This document shows, piece after piece, positions 28,570 through 41,812 of a stretch of DNA of 64,000 bases; the first letter of the stretch is position 1; every line of letters starts with the position of its first letter. The notes under the pieces were generated by a model. The model had not been told where the DNA came from. It did no database searches and saw only the letters and a program-made list of their open reading frames with translations. Source of the DNA: Octopus vulgaris. Taxonomy: Eukaryota. Where the stretch lies: assembly GCA_951406725.2 (NCBI GenBank), contig OX597818.1:115258001-115322000 (forward strand), written 5' to 3'. The translations under genes were made by a program, and so were the position numbers.

Positions 28570-28950
28570 GGCGGCGAGCTGGCAGAAACGTTAGCACACC
28601 GGGCGAAATGCTTAGCTGTATTTCGTCTGTCGTTACGTTCTGAGTTCAAATTCCGCCGAGGTCGACTTTTCCTTTCATCCTTTCGGGGCCGATTAAATAA
28701 GTACCAGTTACGCACTGGGGTCGATATAATCCACTTAATCTGTTTGTCTCTCCTTGTTTGCCCCTTGTGGGTAGTAGAGAAATAGGTATTTCGTCTGTCT
28801 TTACGTTCTGAGTTCAAATTTGGTCAACTTCGACTTTGCCTTTCATCCTTTCGGGGTCGATAAATAAAGTACCAGTTGCGTACTGGGGTTGTTCTAATCG
28901 ACTGGCCCCTTCCCGAAGACTTTCGGGTCCTGTGCCTAGAGTAGAAACGA
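28570..28950 (+). mobile_element. tRNA-derived SINE family B (often dimeric), representative copy
   Basis: ggcggcgagctggcagaa...gagttcaaattcc...cctttcatcctttcggggtcgataaa..agtacc, with TSD atattttcat(g/t)agatt. Other copies at about 315-710-, 4870-5005+, 5830-6035-, 12830-13045- (perfect 14-bp TSD gatgttgaatacct), 14177-14290+, 18570-18800+, 19800-19960-, 22420-22820+, 28310-28530+, 33481-33885+, 51055-51458-, 52262-52655-, 53862-54258- and 56893-57078+. Confidence 0.9.
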
Positions 28951-29561
28951 ATATTTTCATTAGATTTTAGACTCCATCATGGATCGGTTTCGAATTTGTC
29001 TACAAATGAAATATCGGCCTACATTCAGGAAAGGAATATTTAAACCCCGCCCAAGACATAGGTAAATAAAATTCTTTCTCTTTACGTTTTAACACGAAGC
29101 AAATAAAGCTATGAATGACAGAGTGTAAATTTTGGATTAAAAAACAATATTTTTGATCCAATACTTACACGCTGATATTGATAGCTTTATTTGCTTCGAG
29201 TCAAACTGTTCCCAAAGGGAATTACTTCACATTCCCTCGAGGTTTCTAAATGCATATGACGTCAGCAAAATAGATGAATATATTTAGTTTGTTTATCAAA
29301 ACCCTCTGCATGAACTAACTTTGATATTACATAGTGGAAGGTTATTGTTCCAGGTAACTGCTTTGCTTATTAATTTCTTGCAACAGGCTAATAACACCTT
29401 ATGATTATTAATTTGTCAAGCTCCTACAACGCCGACCAAGCATATTACGTGACAAGCATATTACGTTTACTCAGATCAATCATAGCTGCCAGCCTCAGTC
29501 TCTCGGCTTTGTGCGTTCCTTCACATAGCATAAATAATTTATGTACACACACAGATATATG

Positions 29562-29622
<61 letters not shown>

Positions 29623-29779
29623 ATCAGCCGAAATTGCGAGGATGATCCGATTCTTGACTGAAGATAAAAGGCTTCGAATGACCCGTCCCTATATTTTTGT
29701 ATCGTTTATCTGGATGTTTTGTTGTCCCTTTTTCGTATCACCTAGTTGTCCGGATGCTTTGCATTCTTGTCCCATTTTG

Positions 29780-29835
<56 letters not shown>

Positions 29836-29963
29836 CGGCGTACGTACACTTTGTTCTCTTATATATATATATATAGTTAATCCAAACAAGGAAGCACAAA
29901 AAAGCAACAACGCGAGGACGTGGAACAAATATAGTATTATTGGACGCTAAGGAAAGAAGGAAA

Positions 29964-29998
29964 GTTTAACGTTTCGAGCGGAGCTCTTCATCGGAAAC
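29964..29998 (-). ncRNA. Minimal hammerhead-like motif
   Basis: GTTT-CCGATGA-A-GAGC-TCC-GCTC-GAAA-CG-TT-AAAC inside a ~135-bp insert between (TA)n tracts; related decayed copy at ~50540-50720. Confidence 0.55.
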
Positions 29999-30009
29999 AT
30001 AGGAGAAGG

Positions 30010-30067
<58 letters not shown>

Positions 30068-30096
30068 TTCGTTAACAATGCAGCAAAAATATCATG

Positions 30097-30142
30097 AAAA
30101 CTGTTACTCAGAGTTTCACGTTCCCGTTCGTCAGACAGTTTT
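30097..30142 (-). ncRNA. Canonical-core minimal type I hammerhead motif
   Basis: AAAACTGT-CTGACGA-ACG-GGAA-CGT-GAAA-CTC-T-GAG-TA-ACAGTTTT: 8-bp stem I and intact core. Decayed inverted copy at 30158-30203. Confidence 0.75.
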
Positions 30143-30342
30143 GTTTAAATCCTAAACAAAACTGTCCAACAAACGGGAACGTGAAACTCTGAGTAACATT
30201 TTTTGTGATATTTTTGCTGCTTTCTTAATAAAGCATATTACACTAACTCTGGTATTCGAGTACTATGAAATGAGGTACTCAGAAATCTGGATGGTTTATA
30301 TTTACCGATATCTATTAGTATGTTACATGTTTTTATAAATCA

Positions 30343-30450
30343 TATATCATATATATAGCGCTTTCGTCCACTCTAGTGAAGTCTTCAAATTGAACTGTTC
30401 AATTTGAAAACTCCACTAGAGTGGACGAAAGCGCTGTATATATGATATAT
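30343..30450. mobile_element. Fold-back element with hammerhead-like motifs
   Basis: Palindrome centred at ~30395. The minus arm reads TTGAAGA-CTTCACT-AG-AGTGGAC-GAAA-GCGC-TA. The adjacent 30265-30340 matches the fold-back at ~39157-39355. Confidence 0.55.
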
Positions 30451-30603
30451 ATATGTGTGTGTATGTGTGTGTGTGTTGATGCAAACAGGAAAAATAGAAC
30501 TCAAAATATGAGTATTTGTATATTTTATTAATATTTAGCAGAAGCAACAGAGTGACTCAAGGTCCGAAAGTTTCGTGAGTTGGTGCTTGTCAAACTGTGT
30601 GTA

Positions 30604-30654
<51 letters not shown>

Positions 30655-31545
30655 CGAATTTCTATCGACCAAATCAACTCACAAGGCTTCCTGACTATAG
30701 TAGAAAACGCTTGCCCAAGATGCCAAGCAGTGGGACTGAACTCAGAACGATTGGTTGAGAACCATGTCTGCGCATATGTGGTTTGTGCGTCTGCGCGCGC
30801 GCGCGAGTGTGTGTGTGTGTTATTGTTTAGTGGGAAAATGGTACGGAAATCCCACACACGGCTCCTCTATCGAGCCTTGAACAGAGTTTGGAAGACAGAG
30901 AACCATACGAGAACGGAACGGAAGAGCGTCCAGGCAGTTAAACTGTGTCACAAGTCAGTTACGACCAAAGAAGGAATAAATCGTATGTCCCGGATATAAT
31001 AATATTGTTTCAAAGGAAAGGAAAGGAAATGTCGAGAAGAGAGCGTGTGGGAGTTGAAGGAAGAGGGAGGGACGAAACGGATGAGCTGTTATAGAGTGAA
31101 TTAATAATATAACATTCTTTTTTCGAGCTGCACAGACAACCACTTGTGTATGTAGGTCACCTTGGACAGATATTCAGGGACGTATTTTAAGCATTGTATT
31201 ATATGGAGTATGAGGGCGTAATCATCTTCGCCCTTCCTCTCAAGATTGCTGGCCTTGAGCTAAAATTAGAAAGCAATATATGAACTAGAAATAGCTGCCA
31301 AGTCTTCTTCAAATTACTCCTATTTCTTTTAATAAAAAGAAGAATGCGCTAGATAATATAATCCTGTATGTATAGGCGTAGGAGTGGCTGTGTGGTAAGT
31401 AGCTTGCTTAACAACCACATGGTTCCGGGTTCAGTCCCACTGCGTGGCACCTTGGGCAAGTGTCTTCTACTATAGCCTCGGGCCGACCAAAGCCTTGCGA
31501 GTGGATTTGGTAGACGGAAACTGAAAGAAGCCCGTCGTATATATG

Positions 31546-31594
<49 letters not shown>

Positions 31595-31783
31595 ATGTCT
31601 ATACTTGTCCTCCCGGCATCGCTTGATAACCGATGGTGGTGTGTTTACGTCCCCGTAACTTAGAGGTTCGGCAAAAGAGACCGATAGACTAAGTACTAGG
31701 CATCCCAAGAATAAGTCCTGGGGTCGATTTGCTCGAATTAAAGCGGTGCTGCAGCATGGCCACAGTCAAATGAGTGAAACAAG

Positions 31784-31857
<74 letters not shown>

Positions 31858-32252
31858 ATATATATATAATGCAAACACCTTTCTGTAAGTGAAATGTAAT
31901 TGTTACATCCTGAACATTTTGCTTGTTTCACTCATTGAATTGCCACCATACTGGAGCAGCACCTGAAGAATTTGGTCGAACAAATCGCCCCCAGTTGTAA
32001 TTGGTTAAATATTGTACTTATTTTATCGATCTAAAGTAGTCGAACCGCTACATTACAGTTACTTAAGCAAACCAGCACTGGTTGTCAAGCGTTGGCAGGG
32101 GTCAAACACATTCATGCCAACATACATACACACGTGTATGCTTACGTGTGTGTGTCAGTGTGTGTGTATACGTGTATGAGCATCTTATATAGTACCTATA
32201 TAAACATGGCAAATTTAGCTGTTTCTTCGTAGACTAAAAGCAATGATGATAA

Positions 32253-32295
32253 ACTTTAATCGATTTTCGAGTCCAATTGGACTCTCATCAGAGGT
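32253..32295 (-). ncRNA. Minimal type I hammerhead motif
   Basis: ACCT-CTGATGA-GAGTCC-AATT-GGACTC-GAAA-ATCGAT-TA-AAGT; palindromic stem III AATCGATT; one mismatch in stem I. Confidence 0.7.
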
Positions 32296-32895
32296 GTCTT
32301 CATCAATTTGACCGACTCCGGAGAAACAAGCAACCAATCTGTTTATATACTCTACAATTACATTCCGTATGTATATATCTATATACCTCAGCTATTAGCG
32401 ACAGAAGCAGCTTTCGTAAAGAATATTAATTAGCGCATCCAACCTAAATTAGACGTGTCGTTCAATCAGCAACGTCTCAGCGATTTCTCAGTGATACCCG
32501 TGAGCGAATTTGATGATAGCCAGTGACTGGTCTCCCAGTCTGTTGCACCCAGTCTCTATCACCCTCCTACTTTCTCTTTCTCTTTCTCCCCATCTCCCCC
32601 TCTCTCTCTCTAAAAACCGCAAATCAAAGCAGATACATCTTTTATCTTTTACTTGTTTCAGTCATTTGACTGCGGCCATGCTGGGGCATCACCTTAAATT
32701 TTGTTGCGTCGAATGAATTGACCCTAGGACTTATTCTTTGTAAGCCTAGTACTTATTCTATCAGTCTCTTTTGCCGAACTACTAAATTACGGGGACGTAA
32801 ACGCACCAACACCAGTTGTTAAGTGGTGACAGGGAGAACAAACACAGACACAAAGACACATACACACACACACACGCACACATATATATATATAT

Positions 32896-32954
<59 letters not shown>

Positions 32955-35360
32955 TATGACAGGCTTCTTTCAGTTTCCGTCTACCAAATCCATTCACAAG
33001 GCTTTGGTCGACCCGAGGTTATAGCAGAAGACACTAGCCCAAGGTGCCACGCAGTGGGACTGAACCCGGAACCACGTGTTTGGGAAGCAAGCTTCTGACG
33101 AACAACTACATATCATGTTAGAAAGCTTTTTTACTATAATCAACATTGCTTCATAGAGTCAACTCTTCGTTCTGTATTTATACTTTTGAATCAACCTTTC
33201 CTGGATTTATCTATCGGACCGTTGAGTCCATATAAAATCACTTAACATTAAGATATTGATCTTTAAAGACGCAGCAGTGAATAATTTACCTACAAACAAA
33301 TAAATAGACCTAACCATTCACCAAGAAATTCAACACAATACGATATAGATTATATGTAGTAAAAGTAAAGCCATACATAATTTGTAATTCCTGATTCAAA
33401 CCTTTGCTATTATGTTAAACTGTCGTATGTCCAATTTTGGTCAAATACGTTTTTTTTTTTAATATTTATTTTTGCTTAAGGGCGGCGAGCTGGCAGAATC
33501 GTTAGCACGTCGGGCGAAATGCTTAGCGGTATTTCGTCTGCCGCTACGTTCTGAGTTCAAATTCCGCCGAGGTCGACTTTGCCTTTCATCCTTTCGGGGT
33601 CGATTAAATAAGTACCAGTTATGCACTGGGGTCGATGTAATTGACTTAATACCTATGTCTGTCATTGTTTGTCCCCTCTGTGTTTAGCCCCTTGTGGGTA
33701 ATAAAGAAATAGGTATTTCATCTGCTGTTAAGTTCTGAGTTCAAATTCCGCCGAGATCGACTTTCTGGATCGATTAGATAAGTACCAGTTATGCACTGGA
33801 GTCGATATAATCGACTTAATCCCTTTGTCTGTCCTTGTTTGTCCCCTCTATGTTTACCCCCCTCCCCATCATGTGGGCAATAAAAAAAATTAATATTTAT
33901 TTTTGTTTGCAACAGCCGGTTCTTTTGGTCAAACTATCGTATCTCCAGCTGCTTCAAATGTCAAGATTTCAAAAATTGTCAAAGTGTAGTACAACGGTTT
34001 TGCTATGGAATGGTGAAACTATTGTTTCCTTTTCTGAAAAAGCAACGTTTTGGACTTACGACATTTTTGCATAATAGCAACGATCTGTAGTCTACATAAA
34101 GAATAGATGATAGCAAAAGCTGAAGTAACACATCTTATACTCTCTAATAACTTTGTATTTATTATATACTTCAAAAGTACAGAACTTTAAAATGTATTTG
34201 CCAACAAGCCACTAAACTCTAAAACGTCCTCTGAACTACCGGCTCGGGCTCTGCTGCTAGTCAGGTCAAGAAGGGCAAACTGTCAAAGTATCAATAGCTC
34301 TCTGACAGGTTTGTAGTCGGGTCTGAGAGGGTGCAGACTTCAGGCGTTCTAGGCTCTCCCATCCTCGACCACATCCCAGCTCACTGCGGTCGGGGCGGAA
34401 ATGACTATCTGCAAGTGCGAGACCCGTGAATCAGAGTGACTGTTTCAATGCATCTTCCTGGCTATCCTCTGGGGCAACGCCTTTTCCATTTTGTCTGCGG
34501 ACAGACAATAAGGCGGACGGACAAGCCTGTTTATATAATCCTCTGTCCTGAGAAAGAGGAAAAATATAATTAACGCAGGCCCGTTCATCAAATTTAGAAA
34601 ACTATTTCATTAAGCACTATGAAACAAATGCTAAAAATAAACAGAACGACCCCAGCTCGTCTCGACTGAACAAACCTCAAATGACCAGTATCCAATATAA
34701 TTTTTAAATTCATACGCAAAAATGAAAGGCAATCCTTGGATTGAACGAATTACTACTACATTTTGTTTCTCCTACGGACCAAGAATATGCATTAAGCAGT
34801 CACTGCGATGCATCATGTAATGTAAACGAGTCTCAACAATAACCATTTCAGGACATAAAAAACAACCAATTTAATAATTAGCGGAGAGAATTTCCAGTGC
34901 GGCAATAGCGTCATGGTTATTCAGATATCACTACCAACGTCATGCGTTGATATTAGAAATTGTTACAGGCTGTGTGGTAAGTAGCTTGCTTACCAACCAC
35001 ATGGTTCCGGGTTCAGTCCCACTGCGTGGTACCTTGGGCAAGTGTTTTCTACTATAGCCTAGGGCCGACCAAAGCCTTGTGAGTGGATTTAGTAGATGGA
35101 AACTGAAAGAAGTAGTGTATATATATATATATATATCGGCGTATTTGTGTGTCTGTGTTTGTCCCCCTCCAACATCGCTTGACAACCGATGCTGGTGTGT
35201 TTACATCCCCGTAACTTAGCGGTTCGGCAAAAGAGACCGATAGAATAAGTACTAGGCCTACAAACAATAAGTCCTGGCGTCGATTTGGTCGACTAAAGGC
35301 GGTGCTCCAGCATGGCCACAGTCACATGACTGAAACAAGTAAAAGAGTAAACTATGTATA

Positions 35361-35599
35361 CAATATTCTCTCGACTATCGCAAGTGCTACGTTCCAAAAA
35401 AACCCGCGATACGTGAAAATCCGCGAAGAAGAAACAGTGCTATATTCTTTATATTTTTATTATAACTTTTTATAATTTGTACATATTTATTTTGTTATAA
35501 TTGCAAAAAAACACCACTGAGGAATCGACGTAAGTTTAGATAATAAACCGCGATAGGTGAATCGCGATAAGTGAACCGTGATATGGCGAGGGATTACTA
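35361..35599. mobile_element. Tc1/mariner-pogo-like MITE
   Basis: Imperfect TIRs caatattctctcgactatcgc / gtgatatggcgagggattacta, flanked by TA; no ORF. Confidence 0.55.
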
Positions 35600-36103
35600 T
35601 ATCACTTTCACTCTTTTACTCTTTTACTTTTTTCAGTCATTTGACTGTGTCATGCCGGAGCACCGCTTTAGTCGAGCAAATTGACCCCAGGACTTATTCT
35701 TTGTAAGCCTAGTACTTATTCTATCGGTCTCTTTTGCCGAACCGCTAAGTTACGGGGACGTAAACACACCAGCATCGGTTGTCAAGCGCTGGTGGGGGGA
35801 CAAACACAGATACTAAAACATATACACACACATACATATATATACACATATATACGACAGGCTTCTTTCAGTTTCCGTCTACCAAATCCATTCACAAGGC
35901 TTTGGTCGGCCCGAGGCTATAGTAGAAGACACTTGCCCAAGGTACCACGCAGTAGGACTGAACCCAAAACCATGTGGTTCGTAAGCAAGCTACTTACCAC
36001 ACAGCCACAATGGTGGCATTAAGAAAAGGTGGATGCGCGCACACAACATACACTGTGGTATGATTTCTGTATGTTTATGTATGTATGTATGAATATATGT
36101 ATG

Positions 36104-36137
<34 letters not shown>

Positions 36138-36364
36138 TGTATGTATGTATGTATGTATGTATGTATGTATGTATGTATGTATGTATGTATGTATGTATGT
36201 ATGTATGTTAGTTAGTTAGTTAGTTAATTTTTTGGCTCAAAAAGCAAAAAGCAAGGCCATGTAGGGGGGCATGGAGTTATGTACAGGGTGGTGTTCATGT
36301 AAAGAGTTCAGGCCACTTGAGGTCAAGGGAGACTTTGTGTGTATGTATGTATGTATGTATGTTT

Positions 36365-36548
36365 GCTGCTGTAGTGAATGGGGAAAGCTTGGTCTGCAAG
36401 GTTTGCACTCGTGTATGCTTGTAAAGAACAAGGCTCATTAGCCACCAATGGAGCCGCAAATGCAAAATATAAGTTAGTCCTAGAGCGCACAATGTTCATG
36501 AAGGTGAGCAATAATGGTTTTCCTCGATCACGAGTGGACGGCCATCAT

Positions 36549-36553
<5 letters not shown>
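36365..36553 (+). mobile_element. RTE LINE 3' end
   Basis: C-terminal zinc-finger remnant (LVCKVCTRVCL*RTRLISHQ) and a (CAT)n tail. Confidence 0.55.
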
Positions 36554-36621
<68 letters not shown>

Positions 36622-36622
<1 letters not shown>

Positions 36623-37683
36623 CGTTATATAATTAGGCCTCAGTAAAATAATTTACTTTGCCACATACTGAAATTTTTAGAAATAGCAGCCAAAAAGTTT
36701 TTTTAGCCATTTCCACTACTTTAAGAAAAGTCTCCCAGATAGTATTTACTCAAAAGTAACTCACGTAGATATGGAGGGAAAACAGAAAAATATCACATGT
36801 ACAAAGATTAATTGAGAACGCTCACGTTTCTAGATTAGCCGAATTAAATTCGACATTTCTTTCGTCAGCTCAACATTTCTTAATTTGGATTTGAAAGCAC
36901 TAAAAAAATGAACATACCCGTCCGACAAAAATCTCCTCAGACAAACATCTTCAAACTGCCAGTGCCAGCGAATTCAAACAGTACGAGTGAAGATTTATGC
37001 TCTTCCCGCTTCCGCGAATTCAAACATTTTGAATACGCCTTGAATGGTCCTTTTACATACTGAACACTACTTGGTGAAATTAATTAATAACTAATTGATT
37101 TTACCCTTAATTATTGATAATACAATTCTTTTCTCCTTGTTCTTTTACTGCGGTTCTCACCGTTATTATCTGTTTACTCTGTAACTAACTCACGTGGATG
37201 GAAGCGGGAAGAGCATAAATCTTCACTCGTACTGTTTGAATTCGCTGGCACTGGCAGTTTGAAGATGTTTGTCTGAGGAGATTTTTGTCGGACGGGTATG
37301 ATCATTTTTTTAGTGCTTTCAAATCCAAATTAAGAAATGTTGAGCTGACGAAAGAAATGTCGAATTTAATTCGGCTAATCTAGAAACGTGAGCGTTCTCA
37401 ATTAATCTTTGTACATGTGATATTTTTCTGTTTTCCCTCCATATCTTCGTGAGTTACTTTTGAGTAAATACTATCTGGGAGACTTTTCTTAAAGTAGTGG
37501 AAATGGCTAAAAAAACTTTTTGGCTGCTATTTCTAAAAATTTCAGTATGTGGCAAAGTAAATTATTTTACTGAGGCCTAATTATATAACGTGATATTTTG
37601 AATACGCCTTGAATGGTCCTTTTACATACTGAACACTACTTGGTGAAATTAATTAATAACTAATTGATTTTACCCTTAATTAT

Positions 37684-37687
<4 letters not shown>
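36622..37687. mobile_element. Non-autonomous element with PLE-type inverted + tandem architecture in (TA)n
   Basis: 392-bp inverted repeat 36622-37013 / 37200-37591; 93-bp direct repeat 37026-37118 / 37595-37687; (TA)n on both sides; no ORF. Confidence 0.7.
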
Positions 37688-37728
<41 letters not shown>

Positions 37729-37732
<4 letters not shown>

Positions 37733-38232
37733 GGCATGACAGGTCTCGATTATTCGGACCGCCTTAAAGCATTGAAACTCTACTCTCTCCAGTGTCGCCG
37801 CGAGCGGTACATCATTTGTACGATGTGGAGAATATACCGCCAGCATTGCCCAATCGACCTAAACATTAGTTTTAAGGTTCATCCAAGGCTGGGACCACGA
37901 GCCATATGTCCCCTGCCCAATTCAGGATCACAACATATAGGTACACTGCAACATAATTTCTTTTCCTCAACAGGCCCTGCCCTGTTTAACATTGTCCCAT
38001 AACTGATTAAAGCGGAAAAGGATCCCATCACCTTTAAAGGGAGTTTGGACAGATTTCTTCAAGGAATACCAGACAAGCTACCCATACCTGGATACAACTC
38101 ACTCAACAAGAACTCACTACTTGAATGGACCATAAACAAAAGTTGACTTGAACAGGATTTAGATAATCCTATCAGGAAGTGCTATGAAACTCGATATTGC
38201 CTGGACCAATCTCTCGTCGAAGCATATCTAAG
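37729..38232 (+). mobile_element. CR1/L2-like LINE 3' fragment between (TA)n tracts
   Basis: LDYSDRLKALKLYSLQCRRERYIICTMWRI...FFSSTGPALFNIVP...FKGSLDRFLQGIPD are typical ORF2 C-terminal motifs; the 3' UTR ends in tctaagtt. Confidence 0.8.
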
Positions 38233-38277
<45 letters not shown>

Positions 38278-38598
38278 TATACATGCATATACATACATGT
38301 ATACATATATATGTGGTGCACATGTGTCAATACAAATATCAAGTATGTATACGTATGCATATATACGTTTATAAATTTGTGTTGCGAGATTACTGATGTA
38401 AAACCGTGTGTTGAAACAGATATTGTTATATTTTGGGATGGTCATACGAACAGTGTACTGGGAAAACCCATATACACACACATAAGCACACATGTGAAAC
38501 AGCGTTGAACAACCTAACTAGATTTTCGACTCTTATTAAGGTCTAATACATAAACATATACATACATTTATGTGTGTTTGTGTGTGTGTGAGTGTGTG

Positions 38599-38633
<35 letters not shown>

Positions 38634-39156
38634 ATGTGTGTGTGAGAGTGTGTCAGTACATATGTATACAATTTTGTATTTTAACTACAGCATTAGAGCA
38701 TTTTAGCTCGTATTTCTAGTAACGTAGTGTTCTAACACCTAAGTCACATTTAGTGACAGTTATAGTTTACTTTTTGGTAAAACTTTGCACATGGCTGTTT
38801 ATATTAAGTTTTTGTACACACATTAGCAATTCGCTAAATCAACCATAGATTTTTATAATGAATACTATTAGTCCCTACTAATGAGGCTACAGAATTAGCC
38901 GAAACCAACTGATCGTGAAATTCCCTATACTGACTGGTCGGTTTCGGTTATATATATATATATATATACATACATACATACATACATACATACATACATA
39001 CATACATACGTACATACATACATATATACATACATACATACATACATACACACATACATACATACATACATATATGCATGTATGTATTCACACACACATA
39101 CATCCATGAATATATATATATATATTGGAAGGTTTGGAGATGATGTACAGGTATTA

Positions 39157-39355
39157 TATATTAGAAGAAATGAGGTACTCAGAAAATCGGATGGTTTATA
39201 TTTACAGATATTTATTTGTATATTACATTTTTTATATATATATCATATCACTTAAATCATTAGCGCTTTCTATATATATAAAAATGTAATATACAAATAA
39301 ATATCTGTAAATATAAACCATCCGATTTTCTGAGTACCTCATTTCTTCTAATATA
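39157..39355. repeat. Fold-back element (same family as ~30265-30340) directly left of the PLE
   Basis: Arms ~39157-39240 and ~39272-39355 (gaaatgaggtactcagaaaatcggatgg / ccatccgattttctgagtacctcatttc). Confidence 0.65.
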
Positions 39356-39566
39356 TATATATATATATACTACAAAATTAGAGAATGGAGAAACATACTT
39401 AAATCAGTAAAACATCAACTATCCGATGATACTCAATCCATACTTTAATACACCATTACATATGAGTAAAGGCAATATATAAAATGAAATGAGATATACA
39501 GTAATAGTAAAAAGATAAAGAGATATAAGTAAAAAATTTCAAATATAATATACAAATAAATCAAAA

Positions 39567-39674
39567 CTGACAGCTGTTTCGGCAGTGAGGACAGTCATAC
39601 CTCATTTAACCTATAAGCCATAAAGGCAGGTATAAATGAGGCATTAACAAGGATGCCCCACGGCCTCTTCAGAG
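39567..39674 (-). ncRNA. Hammerhead motif, mirror copy in the left PLE arm
   Basis: Reverse complement of 49012-49119. Confidence 0.75.
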
Positions 39675-40013
39675 AATTAAATTAAATTTGTTATAATAGT
39701 GAAAAATATTATATAATCATATACATATAAATATAAAAATATAAAAATGTAAAATATAAAAACTTATACATCATAATGCTACACTTATATAATATAATAC
39801 ACATTTGTACAAAAAGGAAGGTAAACAGAACAAAATAAAACAAAATATATAACAGTGTATATATTAATATTAATAAGTACCGATATTATACATATTTGGC
39901 TAATAGTTTTTTTTATAAAAAAAAGGCTAACACATATGGAGATGAAAAATAATAATTAAATCCGTGGTACAGTTCATAAAATTCTAAAGCTATAAAAGTT
40001 AATAAAAATTACT

Positions 40014-40089
<76 letters not shown>

Positions 40090-41812
40090 TAATAAAAATA
40101 GATACAGTTAAGTTAGCACCAAGTCCATCCTTTCAAGATCGAAATAACTATGAGTTAAGAAATGCTGACCACTAGGTAAAGAAAATTTAGATTAATTCGA
40201 TTGGCTATTGGTTTGAAATTTAAATCACAAAAGAAAATTATACGGTTGGTTAGTCAGGGAACGCCAATATTCACACACGCATCTACAGATCAATCGCACA
40301 TACACACATAGTTATATGTATATACATACACTTATACACATACATAATCACAAGCAACAACTAGCACTTAGATAAACAAAAAGGGAAGCAACTATGCTAA
40401 CATTTAGTCCTTCAAAATTATAACTGAGCCTCAATAACAAAAAAAGAACCATCCATGCATTCTATAAAATATTTAATTTAGATATAAATATATTTTTAAA
40501 TATCAGTATGTTACTAATTCAGATAATTATTTCATGGGTAACTTAAAATTTATAACACCGGTTTGTTGCAGAGTAAACATACGGTTGTTAGGTTTATCGT
40601 AAGTTTGTTATGATTTTAAGTACGCTAAATTATAAAATATAAAATATAAAATATATATTAATTTAAATATTATAAATAAGTCACTTATTAACTTAATAAA
40701 TATAGTGCCATAATATACCAGTTTAGGCATTAAAGAATAGAAGGGGAAGTATTAATGTAAACGCTTATGAGAACATCACAGAAATTTTAAATAAATTTTA
40801 TATTATAAAGACTTAAGATGAAAAGAGATAAAATAAATAAGAAGGAATAAATACGAAGGAATAAATACGGTTATACACATAATTATAAGTACAAACTAGT
40901 ATATATGTATTCATATATTATTAAAATTAAATAAAAATAAATGATAGATATGTATGTATAAAACTACACCAGTATAAGTAAATAAGTAAAAAATAAATAG
41001 GTAACAAATTAGATGACTTGATATGTATGTAAACATCTACACTTAAATAGGCAAATAAATAAATAAATAGAAGACTAGATGCAAAGATTGATAATATTAC
41101 AATAAAATGGAAAATAAATAAAAATAAATAAAGTGAATATATATGTTTGTATATGTTATATTGTTGAAAGTAAATATGTATGGAAGGATAGTTTAAAGTA
41201 CAGATCCAGAGGACTATAGATATAAACTAAATATATGAGGCTGGTAATAATTATAAAGCAAAATGCATGTAAATGAGAAAATGAAAAAAATGAAAAAGGT
41301 TTATCAGTGAATAGCATAAGATACAAATTAAGGTGAGTACAAAAAGACCAAATATATAATAAAAACCTTCCAAATAAACACATACAAAAAAACCTATAAT
41401 CTCAACCTAAACCCACCAAACTCACAAAAGGCTCTCATATATTACATATTATACAATATCATTACATTATCCAGAGCTAGGTATCTAACCAAGATATACA
41501 TATATACTATGCAAAATATACTATGCAATATTGGAAAACTTCAAAAATCACACATTACAAGGCAAATACCAAAATGAATATGTTATTTTATGTCATATTG
41601 CATTTCTCTTAAAAAAACAAACAAAAACCCACATACAAAAACCAAGAAACCAATAATACTAGACACATCCATTAATTATTATACAAATGTAGCTATAAAA
41701 ATTATAAAATTATGAAATTTATAAATTGTATACTTTAGAATTATAGAAGACCACAGGTATATTTAGTTAAAGAAGGGAATTAAAAAATTAATAATAGTGG
41801 AAGTGCTAAGTT

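Noticed and set aside
29655-29690. CTGAAGA...CTTCGAATG hammerhead-like words
   Set aside because: GAAA and stem II are not intact; cannot be supported from this copy.
34210-34560. GC-richer island, possibly an RTE 5' UTR with an HDV-like ribozyme (similar island at 24720-25080)
   Set aside because: I could not draw the nested double pseudoknot by eye; left uncalled.
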